DNA of 64,000 nucleotides from Balanoglossus misakiensis. Its lineage: Eukaryota > Animalia > Hemichordata. This document shows, in pieces, positions 37,741 through 57,795 of the stretch; position 1 is the first letter of the stretch; each line of letters begins with the position of its first letter. Location: positions 15,879,903 to 15,943,902 of the forward strand of contig CM082577.2 in assembly GCA_040954595.2 (NCBI GenBank), written 5' to 3'. The translations under genes were made by a program, and so were the position numbers. The notes beneath the pieces were generated by a model that had not been told where the DNA came from, searched no databases, and was given only the letters and a program-made list of their open reading frames with translations.

Positions 37741-40077
37741 AGAGCTGAGTGGGGCGCAACACTCACACTGGCTGTTCCCGCTCGAATGAGCTACGGGACT
37801 TTTCCCTTCTCCTGAGGATGAGTAACTAAGGCAGTGATTGGTTAAACAAAGAGGGAAAAGGCGATTGGTGAAAATGCAACCTCGTCCTCAGCCGATTTAA
37901 ACCTCGCTCAATGAGAGCTATACCATAATCGTGACATTTGCTAAGTATAATTGGTTTCCGAAGATGTCCGAACAACCTCACTGATATTTTGCTGGCTTCC
38001 TGATGTACTGCAATCGCCTCAAAGTGTGATTTTGTGGTTGCGTTAGTGGCGATTTTTTTCACGGTAGCCGTGCGATCTGTAGGTGAGCATGGTTATGATG
38101 TGTATTTTTTTGAGCTTGATTTAAAATTAAATCAATTTTCACAACGTAAATAACAAATTTCTGGGGTAGTTTGCTGTATGTACGATCGTTTTGTAGTGTT
38201 GGAGTGGCTTCGGAATTTAGCGTGTGGCTACGTAATTACACTTTCTGTAGAGTTCGTGATTGTGATTGACGTAAATTGACTCAATGTCACCATGGTCACG
38301 GCGTCTATACGCTACCTGTTACCGGTGTCTGTGGCGCCAAAATCAAAATACAGATCATCTTGAAGCAAAATATGGCCACCAAGAAAGATTTGGATGCACA
38401 TTTGGGTCTAATCTCAACACTGTGTAGAATTTGTGGTACAAAAATCGTCAGTACTTCGTACGCGTGTAAGAGCTTCCAAACCCAATTGCGCGATGCGTTC
38501 AATGTTGACGTAAACAACGACGAATCGACAGTTCATCCAAATAGTTTCTGCAAGAATTGCAAGCGGACAGTCGACTACTGTTTACATGTAACACAGGCCA
38601 GTACAGCTAGCTATAGCCCGAGAACGAAGGTGACATTGTGGAAAAAACATCCGCGAAACGGTGAGTGTGATGTTTGCCTTCGGTCTCGACCCGGAAGGAA
38701 ACCAAAACAGACGAAACGAGGACGTGAAAAAGTTAAATATCGTGTCTACTCCTAATGACTCTGATGATAGGAAGTTGGGTTCAGGAACTCAAAGTCAAAC
38801 TGACACACCCGTTGATATAGATTTAGTCAATGTTGTAAAGACCAAAGCAGGCAAGAGGTTTAGGTGTTCACTGGGACTGTCTCCACAACGATTCATTCAC
38901 AGCACATATATTGGCCAAGAACTCGATTGCCCTATTTGCAAAGAAATTGTGGACGAGCCTGTCCAAATTCTGTGTGCTAACCCCCACACATTTTGTTCCC
39001 CCTGCTTGGCAGAGTGGTTCAAAGTTTCCCCAACATGTCCTGTCTGTCGGGTTACAATAGACAGCAATTTAGTTGCTTTGATTCCAGTCATGTTGGGAAA
39101 TATCCTAAGTTCACTAACAATACACTGTGATTATAGTAATTGGGGATGTACTAGAGAACTGCCATTGAGGGATCTGAAAGGCCATTTTGAAAGCTGCCCC
39201 TACACATCAATTGCCCATGATCATCATTATGCGTCAGCCAAGCTCAACAGCAATTACATGTAAATTGCAATGACACTGACATCGATGTGAATGGGTCGGT
39301 ACACCAGCCAGAGACCGTGAAAACAACCAGTACTATATCCCCACAAGAAGCACTTGACACCATTGCTAACTGTTCTGAAAAAATCGACAAGATGGCTGGT
39401 TTCGATACAGTGGCAACCAAAATAATCAAACTGAAACTGGAACAAACCCCTGGCTCTAGAAAGGGAGAGGCGATAACATTTAAAACTAGATCAAAGGTAA
39501 GGAAAAAACAGTGTTGATTTGAAATTAATGTCATAATTATTATGACTGTAGTAGGAATGAATAAGTAGTTATAGTGTTTTGTAATATTGTCACAATGTTC
39601 AATTGATGACATATCTGATATGTTTAAGCATGACATATGTATTTGTGTGTAATTTTTCCTAGTAAGGCCATTTACCTGCATTACATATGTCCCCATCATG
39701 TTAATAAAATATTTGCGTGTGTCATTTTTCTCCCATAAGCCTATTCACCTGATGTATGTCCCAAAGGCAGTGAAGGATTCCACCAGAGTATCAACTCGTA
39801 CACAGGCACATCGAGCAACCATTGTAGAGAAGACAAGAGAAAGTGCGTCAGGTGTGTCAGGTGACAGCAAAGCGGTAGCACAACAGGTTAGGCGGGAGCT
39901 GGGCAGATTTGGGAAGACTGAACTACATTCCCTTGGTCTTTTGCCTAATGTTCCTCCTGGAGCTGGTCTAATGCTAAAGACCAGTTTGTCACTACCATGG
40001 AATAAGTTGAGGGCACTGAGGAGGTAAGGATTAAGTGGGTGTGTATGCCAGCGTTTTTATAGCATATTTTACTAGTA

Positions 40078-40264
40078 CAGTCAAACCTGTCAATAGTGGC
40101 CAGTCAAGGGACTGTCCAAAACTAGCCTTTATAGACGTAGACAGGTGGCGCTTATAGACAGGTCAGTTAATGTACAGTAACTTGCACCGGGACTGTAGCA
40201 AGGTGGCAGCTATAGAAAAGTTCCACTATAAAGAGGTGGCCTGCCACTTACACAGATTTGACTA
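40078..40264. mobile_element. Tc1/mariner-type MITE in a Chapaev intron
   Basis: TA|CAGTCAAACCTGT...ACAGATTTGACTA|TA. Confidence 0.75.
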
Positions 40265-41964
40265 TATATTGCAAATGTGCTAATTTCATGCATGGTGTCT
40301 GTGTCTGCCTCTGTGTGTGCTGTTGGGGGTTTAAAATAGATGTACTGAGTTTTTCAGTACCAGTACAGTCAGCTTTATAGCTTATTGTCAGTCTATTCAA
40401 TTTGACACAAAATACCAAAATCTAGTAAAATTTTAGAAAAACAATATCAGAATATTTGCTTTTATTTTCAACATGCACTGGTGTGTGCAAACTTGTCTGA
40501 CAATTCACCAGCCCTGCTTTGTCAACTGTAGGTTTAAATATGTGCATTTTAAATATTTGTGGTAGTTTAATTGCAGTTCTGTATACCAAAAATTGATTTT
40601 AAAAAAATATAGAGTTGGATTGAATTTACCATTTGAACAACAAACTGGTCAAATGTTTAGAAGATAGATGTGTATATTGTAATATTTTGCTGAGAGACAA
40701 CAAAGTGATAAACAATTGCAATGTGTCATGGAATGGGTAAGTACACATGCATTTCAACATAATCTATTTTTTTCCTCAGATGGTTGCGAAATTGGAACAT
40801 ACATGTCCAAGGAGAGACAAGGGACAGGGAAATTGCTGAAACGCTATCCCTGCCCCTTTCTGCGGAAAGACTTCCCTTCACATTTAAAGTGAGGGGAACA
40901 GATGGCAAACACTGTACAGAAATCAGACTTGCACCATTGGTAGTAATAGAGAATGTGAAGGATGCAATCATTACTAAGCTTGAGTGTTTGGAAAGGTAAC
41001 ATTGAGAATAATCAACAAATTTGGATTTTACTTTCAGGTATCCCTAAAATGTTCTCGTGAATGCTGGTAGGGAGTATAATTTGGAGTTAACATTCAACTT
41101 CATTGACGTAAAAATGAAAGACATCATATAATGTCAAAAATAAATAGTATGTTTTGTTTTGACCTTACTTTAAACATTTTCAATTGAATTAAATTAGACT
41201 AATGGTACGTACCTTTCACTTCACATTTTACACAATATTTTGTACACATGGTCTTTTCATTCTCATTCTTCAACATTTTTTACTACCGTGTTTGTAATGC
41301 ATTTATTATATTGATATTATTATATCAATCTACTTTATATTTCAGAGAAAATAAACTTACTTGGCAGGAAAGCACTATTCCCTGTGATGAAGTCTGGTGT
41401 AAAGTTGGGGGCGATAAGGGAGGTGGCAGCATGAAATCTGTCTTTCAGATTTGTAATGTGGCCAACCTTAATTCAATTGAAAACACAGTGGTGTGGAATA
41501 TTTTTGCTGCACCGGATACAAGGCATAACCTTGAGATTGCCTACAAGGTTAATTTAGACCAAATCAACTCATTAGAGAGTTGCACATGGAAGTGAGTACA
41601 TGATATACATGTAAATGATGCAAATATTTCAATTATGCATTAAAATATCTAGTCATAGTTTTCTCTTCTGCAGCATTACCCATGGTAGAGGATTGTACAT
41701 ACCTGTTCAGCTCTATTCAAACTGATGCACACCTTTTCTTACAATGGCTGGTTTTCTGACACTCAGTACATGTAGCTGTAACTTTTATTTGTTTCAGATA
41801 CTTTTAGCTTGACTCTTTCAACTAACACTGTGTTGTGTGTTCCCTATACCATGTTGAAACACACAATATCGATTCTGTCAGCACAACCAGTGTATGTATA
41901 ACAAACACTGTTATCGCTTACAATTGAAATCAATTCAATTGTCAACAATTAAAAATTAGTTTTC

Positions 41965-42986
41965 TCGTTGATGACCCTGTCTGGTTTTGCAATTCTCCCG
42001 TTGGGGTCAATAAATTGGGTGATATGATGAAAGAGATTTCGAAGGAGGCAGCACTGTCCCGTGTTTATACAAATCACTGTCTGAGAGCGACGGCATGCAC
42101 AGTTTTAGACTCGGCGGGAATAGAGACGCGACACATTATGTATGTATCCTGTCATAAAAACGAGGCAAGTGTAAGGTCATACACAAATAAACTTACCACT
42201 GAACAAAGTCGAAACCTATCAGGTATTCTTTCCAGAAGTGTTGGGTACACTGACGTACAGACAGCATCGCCTGATGTTGTCCATGGTGCGTGTGATCGCC
42301 AACAACAAACTGCGTGTAATTCTTCCAGTGTCGAGTCAAACTCTGATGCGTGTCGTTCTCGGACCATTTCAAGCAATATGACGAATCAGACTTCAGGTTT
42401 GTTTCAAAACTGTACATTTAACAATCGTGTTAACATTCAAATTGTAAACAAAAACGACTGAATTCCATTTGGAGCGGAGCGAAACATTCTCTCGATCACC
42501 GTGCATATTGCAACGTCTGTGTGTCGGCCTCCGTTGAGGTCAATGTTTGCAAATCTTTTGTATTGTTATGTAAATATTTTCTATTTTTAGCTTTCATAGT
42601 TGTGTTTTAGCTTACGTAGTTGTGTTGACATGCTGTATTTCTGTATTGGAATTAAACGTTTCCTCTTTTTTGAAAACAAATTTCTTTGTGTTGCGTGAAA
42701 TATGTAAATCACGGGTACCAGGAAATTATGAACATAAACAATATTCATGTTACGGGGCCCTCTAACAACGCAAAACTCATAGTCAAAGAAAATGCCTTTT
42801 TAAAATGTTTTATGCAAAGTTTCAATATACTGGCATAATATAATAGCAATAAAACACCCCAGCCATGGTATACCACTCGATTTTGACCAGTTCAACTCCA
42901 TATACGCACTCGCTATCGCTCGTGCGTATATGTCGTGAACTGGTCAAAATCTCGTGGTATACCATGGCTGGGGGTGTTTTATTGCT
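41965..42986 (+). mobile_element. Crypton remnant: tyrosine recombinase (DUF3504-like) C-terminus plus terminal palindrome
   Basis: PVGVNKLGDMMKEIS...YTNHCLRAT...IMYVSCHKNEASVRSY (ORF 42015..42461) and a 142-bp palindrome at 42845-42986. Confidence 0.8.
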
Positions 42987-45778
42987 TAAATAATTCATGG
43001 GTAATTTGTCTTTAGGCAGATTTTTCTGTCTTTGGTGTACTATTACCAAGGAGGAAGCAAAGCGTGAACCAGGAGACAGACCAGAAATAAAACAACGGTC
43101 CCTTGAGCAACTGAAAGCTGACAACCAGGCCTATGTAGCAGCAGGGAGTGATAAGAAGACTACGTTGATGTTCAACAACTGTATCAACAAGCCTTTGTTT
43201 GATATTCCTCTAAACAGGGTGTGCAGTTTAATCAATAATTGTCATTTTGACTTGGTTGTTAAACAGTTTTATTTGCTCCTAGCATTACCAGTTGTCACTT
43301 TACCATATGATATGCACATGTGATGGAGACATGCAGGATCAAATTGCAACTAAAGAAGAAGTCTTTTTTAGCTTGGGAAGTTAGCTTAGTGGGTTTGAGT
43401 CCTGGCTTTGTGAATGCTACTTCAGGTCTTGGGTTTGTCTCAAAAAAATCTAAAATATGTAAAACATAACTGTATACTGATGATCTTCTCTATAAATAAT
43501 TACATTTATTGTTGAGGGAATACTAAGTAGCCAGACAGTATATTCCAAATAGGCCTGTTAAAGTTTACTTAACTCAGTATTTTTTTTATTCACAGTTACA
43601 TTGATTTTGTTTTGCTTCCAGGTTGCAATTCCAGCACTGCATATAAGCCTTGGCTTATATAAGAAAAAAATGACGACATTGATGAACCTGTCTTAAAACC
43701 AGCACGTTTTGATGCATATGTGTCATTGCTTCGTGAGGCCCTTGTCTTGGAAAGGGAGGCCGGCTCTCAAGAAGCCAGGGCTGCTGCCATGGAGAATAAC
43801 ATTCAGAGACAACTTCTTGATGATGATAGTGATGACGACAGCGATGATGATTCCCTTTCATTAGCTGCTATTTCAAAAGCATCAGATGTGTAGGAAAAGC
43901 TAATTGCAAGTGCCAAGGCCAAGGTTAGGGTTAGAGTACTTTGCAGTGTTTGTTTCTCATGCTAGGTTTTGATCATGTCAATGATTTTTTTTCTATTTGC
44001 TGTAATAGAAACAGAATAATATAATGTTTCATATGACACCAGAAAAAAAGAAAACCAAATTTTATGTGTACTCATAACAGGAAAATTGTTGCCATAGTTA
44101 TTTCAAGTGCTGAGGTATGAGAAACAAACATTTATTTTGAACATAATCCTAGTCTTTCACCTCATTTTCACCTGTCTTTTGGATAACCATGCTACTCTTG
44201 ATTTCATACTTCAGCTTTGCAATAGTTTCACTGACAGTTTTGTTTCCACACAGAGAGAGGATGCAGCAAGCCTGAAAGGAAACTTACCAAGGGATGCTGG
44301 ATATACAGTCAGGAAACTTGATAGGAGTCTAAATAAAATTCATGTGTACAGACAGGCTTACCATGGAAAGTCTTTCATTGGAAACCATGTCAACACATGC
44401 TGCAAGGTTTCTATAATACTAGTATATTGTATTGCTTCCCAAATATTCAAGTTTTAAATCTAGTGAAGAAATTGTTTTACTTCAGAGGATAAGAGTAACT
44501 GCAAAATAAGGCATGATTTGTGGTTATTGACCCCAGTTCATTTTTTTATGTAGATAACAATGGCATGCTGCTTTCTTAAAATTTTAAGTTTCCCCAAGGC
44601 AGTAAGTTATCTGCTGCTTGTATGCTTGCCTGTTGGTATTTTCATTTCATACAGTTCAAATCCTAGAAATGAAAAGGTTAAATTAATATTTAGTTTTACT
44701 CTGCTTTTGTTGTAGATATTCACAAATACATTTTCAATTTGTTTCTGACATTTTCTTATTCATGCATTCATGCAAACACGTACACCTATTAAACATAAGA
44801 TCTTTTCCATCTCACATTCAGGACAAGAATATCAACATCATTGTTGATAGTGTGGTACAGTGTACTGAGGAGATGACACCAGAACTGATTACTGATGCAG
44901 AGGCCATAAGGGACAAATTCAAACCATTACTGACACTGTTTGCATCATGCCACAACACATATTCTCTTTCAAGGAGGTTGACCCAAGATGAAATAACTGA
45001 GCTTGGTGACTATTCTTATCAAGATAATCACATTTGTTCAATTATTCATAATGTATTTGAACTAACCGTGTTCTATGGTGTGTTTTTTCTATTTGGCAGT
45101 TTGTAGATACTTGAATTATACCAGAGAAGCCACGGGCAGATTTAGAAGCCTGGTTGCTGCATGCTGTAAATTTATTCAATGTTGAAGTTTGCATAAAATA
45201 AGTATTATTTTCTTGTTTGGATAATCAACGATAATTTATTTTGTATTTGTACTTTTTCTTGTGTTCACCTTTTTTGTTCTCTCTCTGAGTGTATAATTTT
45301 TATATTTATTGTATTTGATTTTACTTTGATGTTTACATTTATATGTATGCTCATGTTGTAGTTGTAACTCTTTACATTTGGATTCCTTAGTGTTTAGTGG
45401 ATAAAGTGATAAACCTCTTGCAATTTCTTAAATTACCACTCACTAAGGATTTTATATTTTCTCTTTTTCTCCTAGGTATCAACATACGAGGGCTCATGGA
45501 ATATTACAGATCAAATTTCCCTAAAGAATCTGTGTTTCCAAAGATGCACCTTCTTGAATGTCATGTTGTCAGTCAAATTGAAATGACAAATATGGGGCTG
45601 GGTTTTCTAGGTGAGCAAGGTATTGAGGTCATTCACCATCACTTCAACACAGCAGAGAGGAGTTATGCCTCAATGCCAAATGACGTAGACAGGTTGAAGT
45701 GCATGGTGAAAGATCATCATATCAGGAATCACCCAGGAAACCCTAAGCCACCTACAAGGAAAAGGGCTCGTAAAGATA

Positions 45779-47165
45779 CCCTTACGAAAAAATAAGGCTT
45801 CCGGCGCACAGTTGTGGTAAACTTACCGCAACTTTGCGGCACATATACAGCGACTGTTTGCGGCGCACGCGCGGCTAATGCATATTTTCGCATGCAAATA
45901 AGCTGTTGCGGCGCACAGTTGCGGTAAACATACCGCAACTTTGTGGCACATATGCGGCACGTATGCCAAAACGGGTTTGCGGCGTATATGCCGCAAATTC
46001 TGCCCTCTTGCAACTTTGCGGCACATATACCGCAACTGTTTGCGGCGCACGCGCGGCTAATGCATATTTTCGCATGCAAATGAGCTGTTGCGGCGCACAG
46101 TTGAGGTAAACATACCGCAACTTTGTGGCACATATGCGGCACGTATGCCAAAACAGGGGTTTGCGGCGTATATGCCGCAATTTATGCCAGCTTGCTAATA
46201 ATTAATCCCTACTGTGGCCCCTTCCTAGCTACAATGCAGCCACCCGTAAAAAGAATTGCCAATCTATCCATTCTGTTCTTAAGTTTGCAATGACACATAC
46301 TTCCCAGTACATGTATCTTGGTTCAGCAAATCTTAATTCTCATGTGAATTTGGTGTGTCATATTTATACAAAGTCATGTACTTCCCATAAGGAGAGTAAT
46401 CCAAAGTATATTCAACAGGCATGGACCAAACATTTCTTTGTGAAATTGTGACCCTCATTGTTTATTTCAACAACAGGAATTATTTTATAGCTATCTCAAG
46501 TGATTCAACTACCACAGAACATTTAGAAACTCACCCAGCTGTATACATGTCATTGCAATGTTCTTGTCTCAAGTGTTCTCTTACTGTACAAGATTATGAC
46601 ATCATCCTCAGGAAATTGTTCAAACTACTGACCTCTGGTAATGCACAAATATCGCTACCACAGTATTCAAGTGAAGCAGCTTCCAGCTGTATGGATTTGT
46701 GACATCAAATTCATGGTTTTTGATGGGCACAGAGATCCCAGTGTAACCTTACACAATCAAAATGTCCGCCTAAATGAAATCAGCCTCATTCTCGTTTCTG
46801 CACATGTCACCAAAAAGTAATTTTAACCAGCTGCAAATTCAAATTCTGTTTACTTGAACGTTCTGGCATGTATACCGCAACCGTGCCGCAACAGACTCCA
46901 CTGATCACCAGATAATATCAAACTCCCTGTTTACTTTACTTTTGCGGTATATGCGCCACAAAAGGCGCCACTGATCACCAGTAGTACAAGACACTCTGTG
47001 TTTACTTAAATGTTGTGGCACACGTGCCGCAAAAGGCTTGACTGATCGCCAGAAGTGTGCCGGTACTGGCGATCATCGGCGATTAGTCGCCACAAAGTTG
47101 CGGTCAGAAATTTGCGTGCCGCAACTTCGCCGCATGTTTGCCGCAAGAAAACAACTTCGTAAGGG
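45779..47165. mobile_element. Non-autonomous EnSpm/CACTA-like element inserted just before the Chapaev stop codon
   Basis: TA|CCCTTACGAA...TTCGTAAGGG|TA (2-bp TSD), dense subterminal GCCGCA/TGCGGC motifs and an internal ~180-bp duplication. Confidence 0.75.
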
Positions 47166-47651
47166 TAGCAGCTAAATGTTTAAGATGAAGTGATATGCAT
47201 GCACTTTGCTAAAGAAAAGAATAAATGGTTAAAAAAGTACAAGTTTTGTCAGTAATCATTTCTTGTGATGTTTGGATGTAGTTCATAGAGGTGTGAGTGT
47301 ATGGATCGGAATACACATATATACCGGTATATATTTATATAAGTGTGTGCGTGTGTGCCCATGTGCCAAACAAGAGCAATGATTTTTTAAGGTCGTGGCC
47401 AAAAAAATTAATTAAAAATATAATTTAATTGAAAAAATCTATGAATTTAAAAGTGAAATAATATAAATTTTCAAACTACATACATTTTTTTTTTAAACTT
47501 GTACTTTTAAAATGTGTATTGTATTAAATTTGTGACCACAGCACAGATCAGGATTGCCATATGAATATCGCCCTCTATCGATGTAATTTGGTAAGGTTTG
47601 TGAATTTGTATTTCTTTACTCCAACTAGAATTCAGGCTGAATACGGCTGTG

Positions 47652-54768
<7,117 letters not shown>

Positions 54769-55165
54769 ATATCAAGCTCAACACCTATTTATGACAAAAC
54801 GGCCAAAAATTAAAGAAAAACGAAAATTCCTGCAATTTTTTAAAAAGTGCAATATTGCAATGAAAAATGAAAATCTGAATCTTAGTGGTGTACATTTACT
54901 TCCATGAGCTCAAGTGGATGAGATCATGTTTTGTTTATGAAGTTTCACAACCGGAAATGCGACATTTTTATTGTTTCTTGCATTTTCCCACGGTGGCGGC
55001 CATAATCGCTTGCGGCAAAGCTTTATTATTTATCTGGTTAAAACTTGCATATGCACTCATATTTAGGGTTTATAATGCTTGTGCCTCCATCTGCATGGAC
55101 TAATGGTAGTGCAGTTTGAAACAAAAATTATGAAAATTATCCCAAAAGTTACAGCTTAAGTGCCT
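54769..55165. mobile_element. Kolobok-like non-autonomous element fragment (one end)
   Basis: Ends GTTACAGCTTAAGTGCCT|TTAA. 54769-55078 is homologous to 57891-58165. Confidence 0.55.
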
Positions 55166-57013
55166 TTAAATCATATGAGAAAATTTTGTTGGAGGCATTG
55201 AGTCATCTTGGGCATGGCTGGACAGAAATTTGTGCAAGATGGCGGCCAGTACCTGACCCCCTCCTTTTAGCTGGTGCAGCCAGCACTGAAAATGGGGCAG
55301 GGGACCAGACTACTGGATGGATGCATTTCTTTTATAGGCAACATTTTAAACTTTCTTTTGCTTTTTCCTCAGGTTCTTCCCATGGGTCCCAATGAGCAGG
55401 ACACCTATCAACAACTGGCAAAGAATTTGCAAACGCAAAGGGAGAGAGTTGTAAGGCAACAAGAAAACTTAAATAAAGAATATGATTGGCTGGACCAACA
55501 GCAGGAGCTCTTGAAGCATTTCACTGAGCTTGAAAACGTATTCATGAGCTTGCAGCAGGAGACAAGGTAGGTGTGGCGTACACGTGGATATATTTGTAAA
55601 GTTGAATATTTGTAAAGTTGAATATGCATGATACTACAGTGGCACCTTTGTGCGAACAAAAATTTAGCGGTCTGATTATGTGGTCAGAACTATACTATTT
55701 GTAGTCGCATTTTATATTTTGCAGGACACAATTTGCATTTCATCAGAGCACACTCATAACATTTGCACATCATACATGTGGTAACTCATATGACAGAAGT
55801 GTAGTCGTCATGTACCGCATGTCTGGTCGGCCAAGCCTCAAGGAGGTCAAAAATAGCAATATGTACACTCAAAAAGAACGATATGGTCTCAGAGTTTTTG
55901 TGCCAACTAAAATTAAATGGTCTAATTATGTGGTAGTAATTTTGTCCACAGTGAAATTGTTAAAAGGAATTAAAGCAGTGAACATGCTCTGAGTGCATCG
56001 ACAGAGTTGCATCACCCAGGAAAATATGGATGAAGTCGTCAAAATGCGCCCAAACGACACCCCGCCTCAGCCAAAATTTGTAAAAATTGTGTCCATATAA
56101 ATGAAAATTGGGTCCACCAAATTGAAAAGGTGTCTGCAAATATTATAAGTAGTTCTGACCCGGAATTTGAATTGTTGGGATGTAGTGGCCAATAAGGTCC
56201 GTTGCATTTTCTCATCATGGGCCACCCCTGTTTGTATGTATATTGGCCAGACTTTCCCTTTGAAAACAACATTTGGATCAAACCACCAATGTGGTAAAAG
56301 AGGTAAATTAATTCAAAAACTGAATGAACAGCATTGAAGAATTATGTGTCTTTCAAATTGCGTCAGTTTCAAAAATGTCTTGGTTTTCATTTTGTGTGTA
56401 TATACCAAGAATGTGGTTGTTTCTTGAAGAGGGTAGAGGGTGCACATGCATGTCTAACAATAATTCTTGAAATCACTGAAAATAACATGTATATTGCTGA
56501 AATAGGAGTCTCGTGCATACTATCAACTGTCTCTAATGTTGTACTGTCTTGGGTTTCTTTCAGCTGGGATGAGCTGAGGGCTCATAAGCAGCCAAGAACC
56601 GTTACATACAGAAATTTGACCAGATGGAGGTGGTCCTGAACACATTTGCTATGAAGACCAGACTATTGAAAACCTGGTTAAAAAATATTGCCATGGACCC
56701 AGAACGCTGAAAGGTATGGTGAATTTTGACCCCTGTGTGACCTTTACATCCTGGCACTTTGTTGGTATGATTTAACCATTTTGAGTTCAAACTCTGGATC
56801 AATCAACCTTACTTACTGAATCTGTGCACTGTAAATCCCAAAACAACATTTTTGAATATTGTCTTTTTCACAAAAGGGAACATGTTGTGGGTAATGCTGA
56901 ATTACCAACAAAACACGAGGGTTTCTAAAACTTGTAACGAGCAGAACCTACAGTAATGACCAATAATGACCTTGAAACAGATCAAATGATTAATAAGAAG
57001 CAATAAAGACCAA

Positions 57014-57360
57014 AAAATATAGCTGTAAGCAGCAATAGCGGGCCCAAGTCAAAATAGCACATAGCAACATACGAGTAACCAGTACAGGTGAGTGCTTATT
57101 CTCACAAAATATGAAGTCTCAACGTCCTTAAGTTAGGAGCCAAAAAAATGAACACTACACTAGTCTAGGTATAACATAAACTGTACCCCTATCCCTATTG
57201 GTTCACCTATAATTAGGTATGCATCATATAATTAATGAGATAAGCAGGTGACACAGGTGACCCCGAAATTTGGATTTTTATTTTAGTCCCATTCCTCCAA
57301 ATGCCAAGGCTGTATCTGCTGTTGATGCCTAGATATGGTAAAGTAGGTCAAAGGTAACCT
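57014..57360 (-). mobile_element. Truncated copy of the HINE-like family at 18840-20116
   Basis: AATATAGCTGTAAGCAGCAATAGCGGGCCCAAG followed by one diverged 239-bp-type unit. Confidence 0.65.
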
Positions 57361-57795
57361 GTACAACATCTGATTGCTTTTTTAGATCCCCGAGAAACTA
57401 GATACTGAGAGATGTCAATCAATTGGACACTCAGCAGCTGCATCAACAAGAGCTCAGTAGACATTGCATGGATTGAGTCCTGGCTTCATTTAAGAGTTAT
57501 GGGGTCAGCACTGACATGTCGGTACATTTGTATATATTTCTTGTAAATTTAGTTATTTTAAGTGTACACATCTGTATTTGAACATTTTATTTGTAACTGT
57601 ATATTAAGTTATTTTGTTAGTTGTAGTTATAGTTAATTATAGTATAGTATAGTTAAAGGGTATTTCTGTTTGTTTGGTGTGTGTGTGTCATTCTATCAAA
57701 GTGTAGGGTACCTGTATATAATATCACGGTCATACTGGTAAAAATTTCAAATGTTTCACAGACACTATTAGCGTTTTGTAAACACAGAGAATTAA

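Larger units (their letters stand above)
35929..37924 (-). mobile_element. Internally deleted Ngaro (DIRS-order) retrotransposon with split direct repeats
   Basis: Repeat A at 37740-37924 and 36269-36453, repeat B at 36453-36582 and 35929-36060, giving A1-ORFs-B1-A2-B2 on the minus strand. No TSD. Confidence 0.85.
38372..45795 (+). pseudogene. Chapaev transposase, multi-exon, with RAG1-like N-terminal Chapa zinc domain and RING finger; frameshifted
   Basis: H-x7-CRICG...D-x4-HP-x3-CKNC...W..H...C..C, C3HC4 RING (CPIC...CANPHTFCSPC...CPVC), GGDKGGGSMK, FCLWC, PALHISLG, RQAYHGKSFIGNH, PKMHLLECHV, GEQGIE. Exons ~38372-39496, 39740-40023, 40780-40995, 41346-41591, 43016-43218, 43622-43923, 44254-44406, 44822-45005, 45476-end. 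Confidence 0.85.
35750..47651 (+). mobile_element. Chapaev (CMC superfamily) DNA transposon, 11.9 kb including nested inserts
   Basis: CAC...GTG termini, 4-bp TSD TCAT (35746-35749, 47652-47655) inside a ZF repeat unit, a shared inverted 25-bp block, and a Chapa+RING transposase. Confidence 0.88.

Noticed and set aside
35750-47651. ProtoRAG/RAG1-RAG2 transposon
   Set aside because: The TSD is 4 bp rather than 5, the core motif GGDKGGGSMK is Chapaev-type, and no convergent RAG2-like (kelch/PHD) gene is visible.
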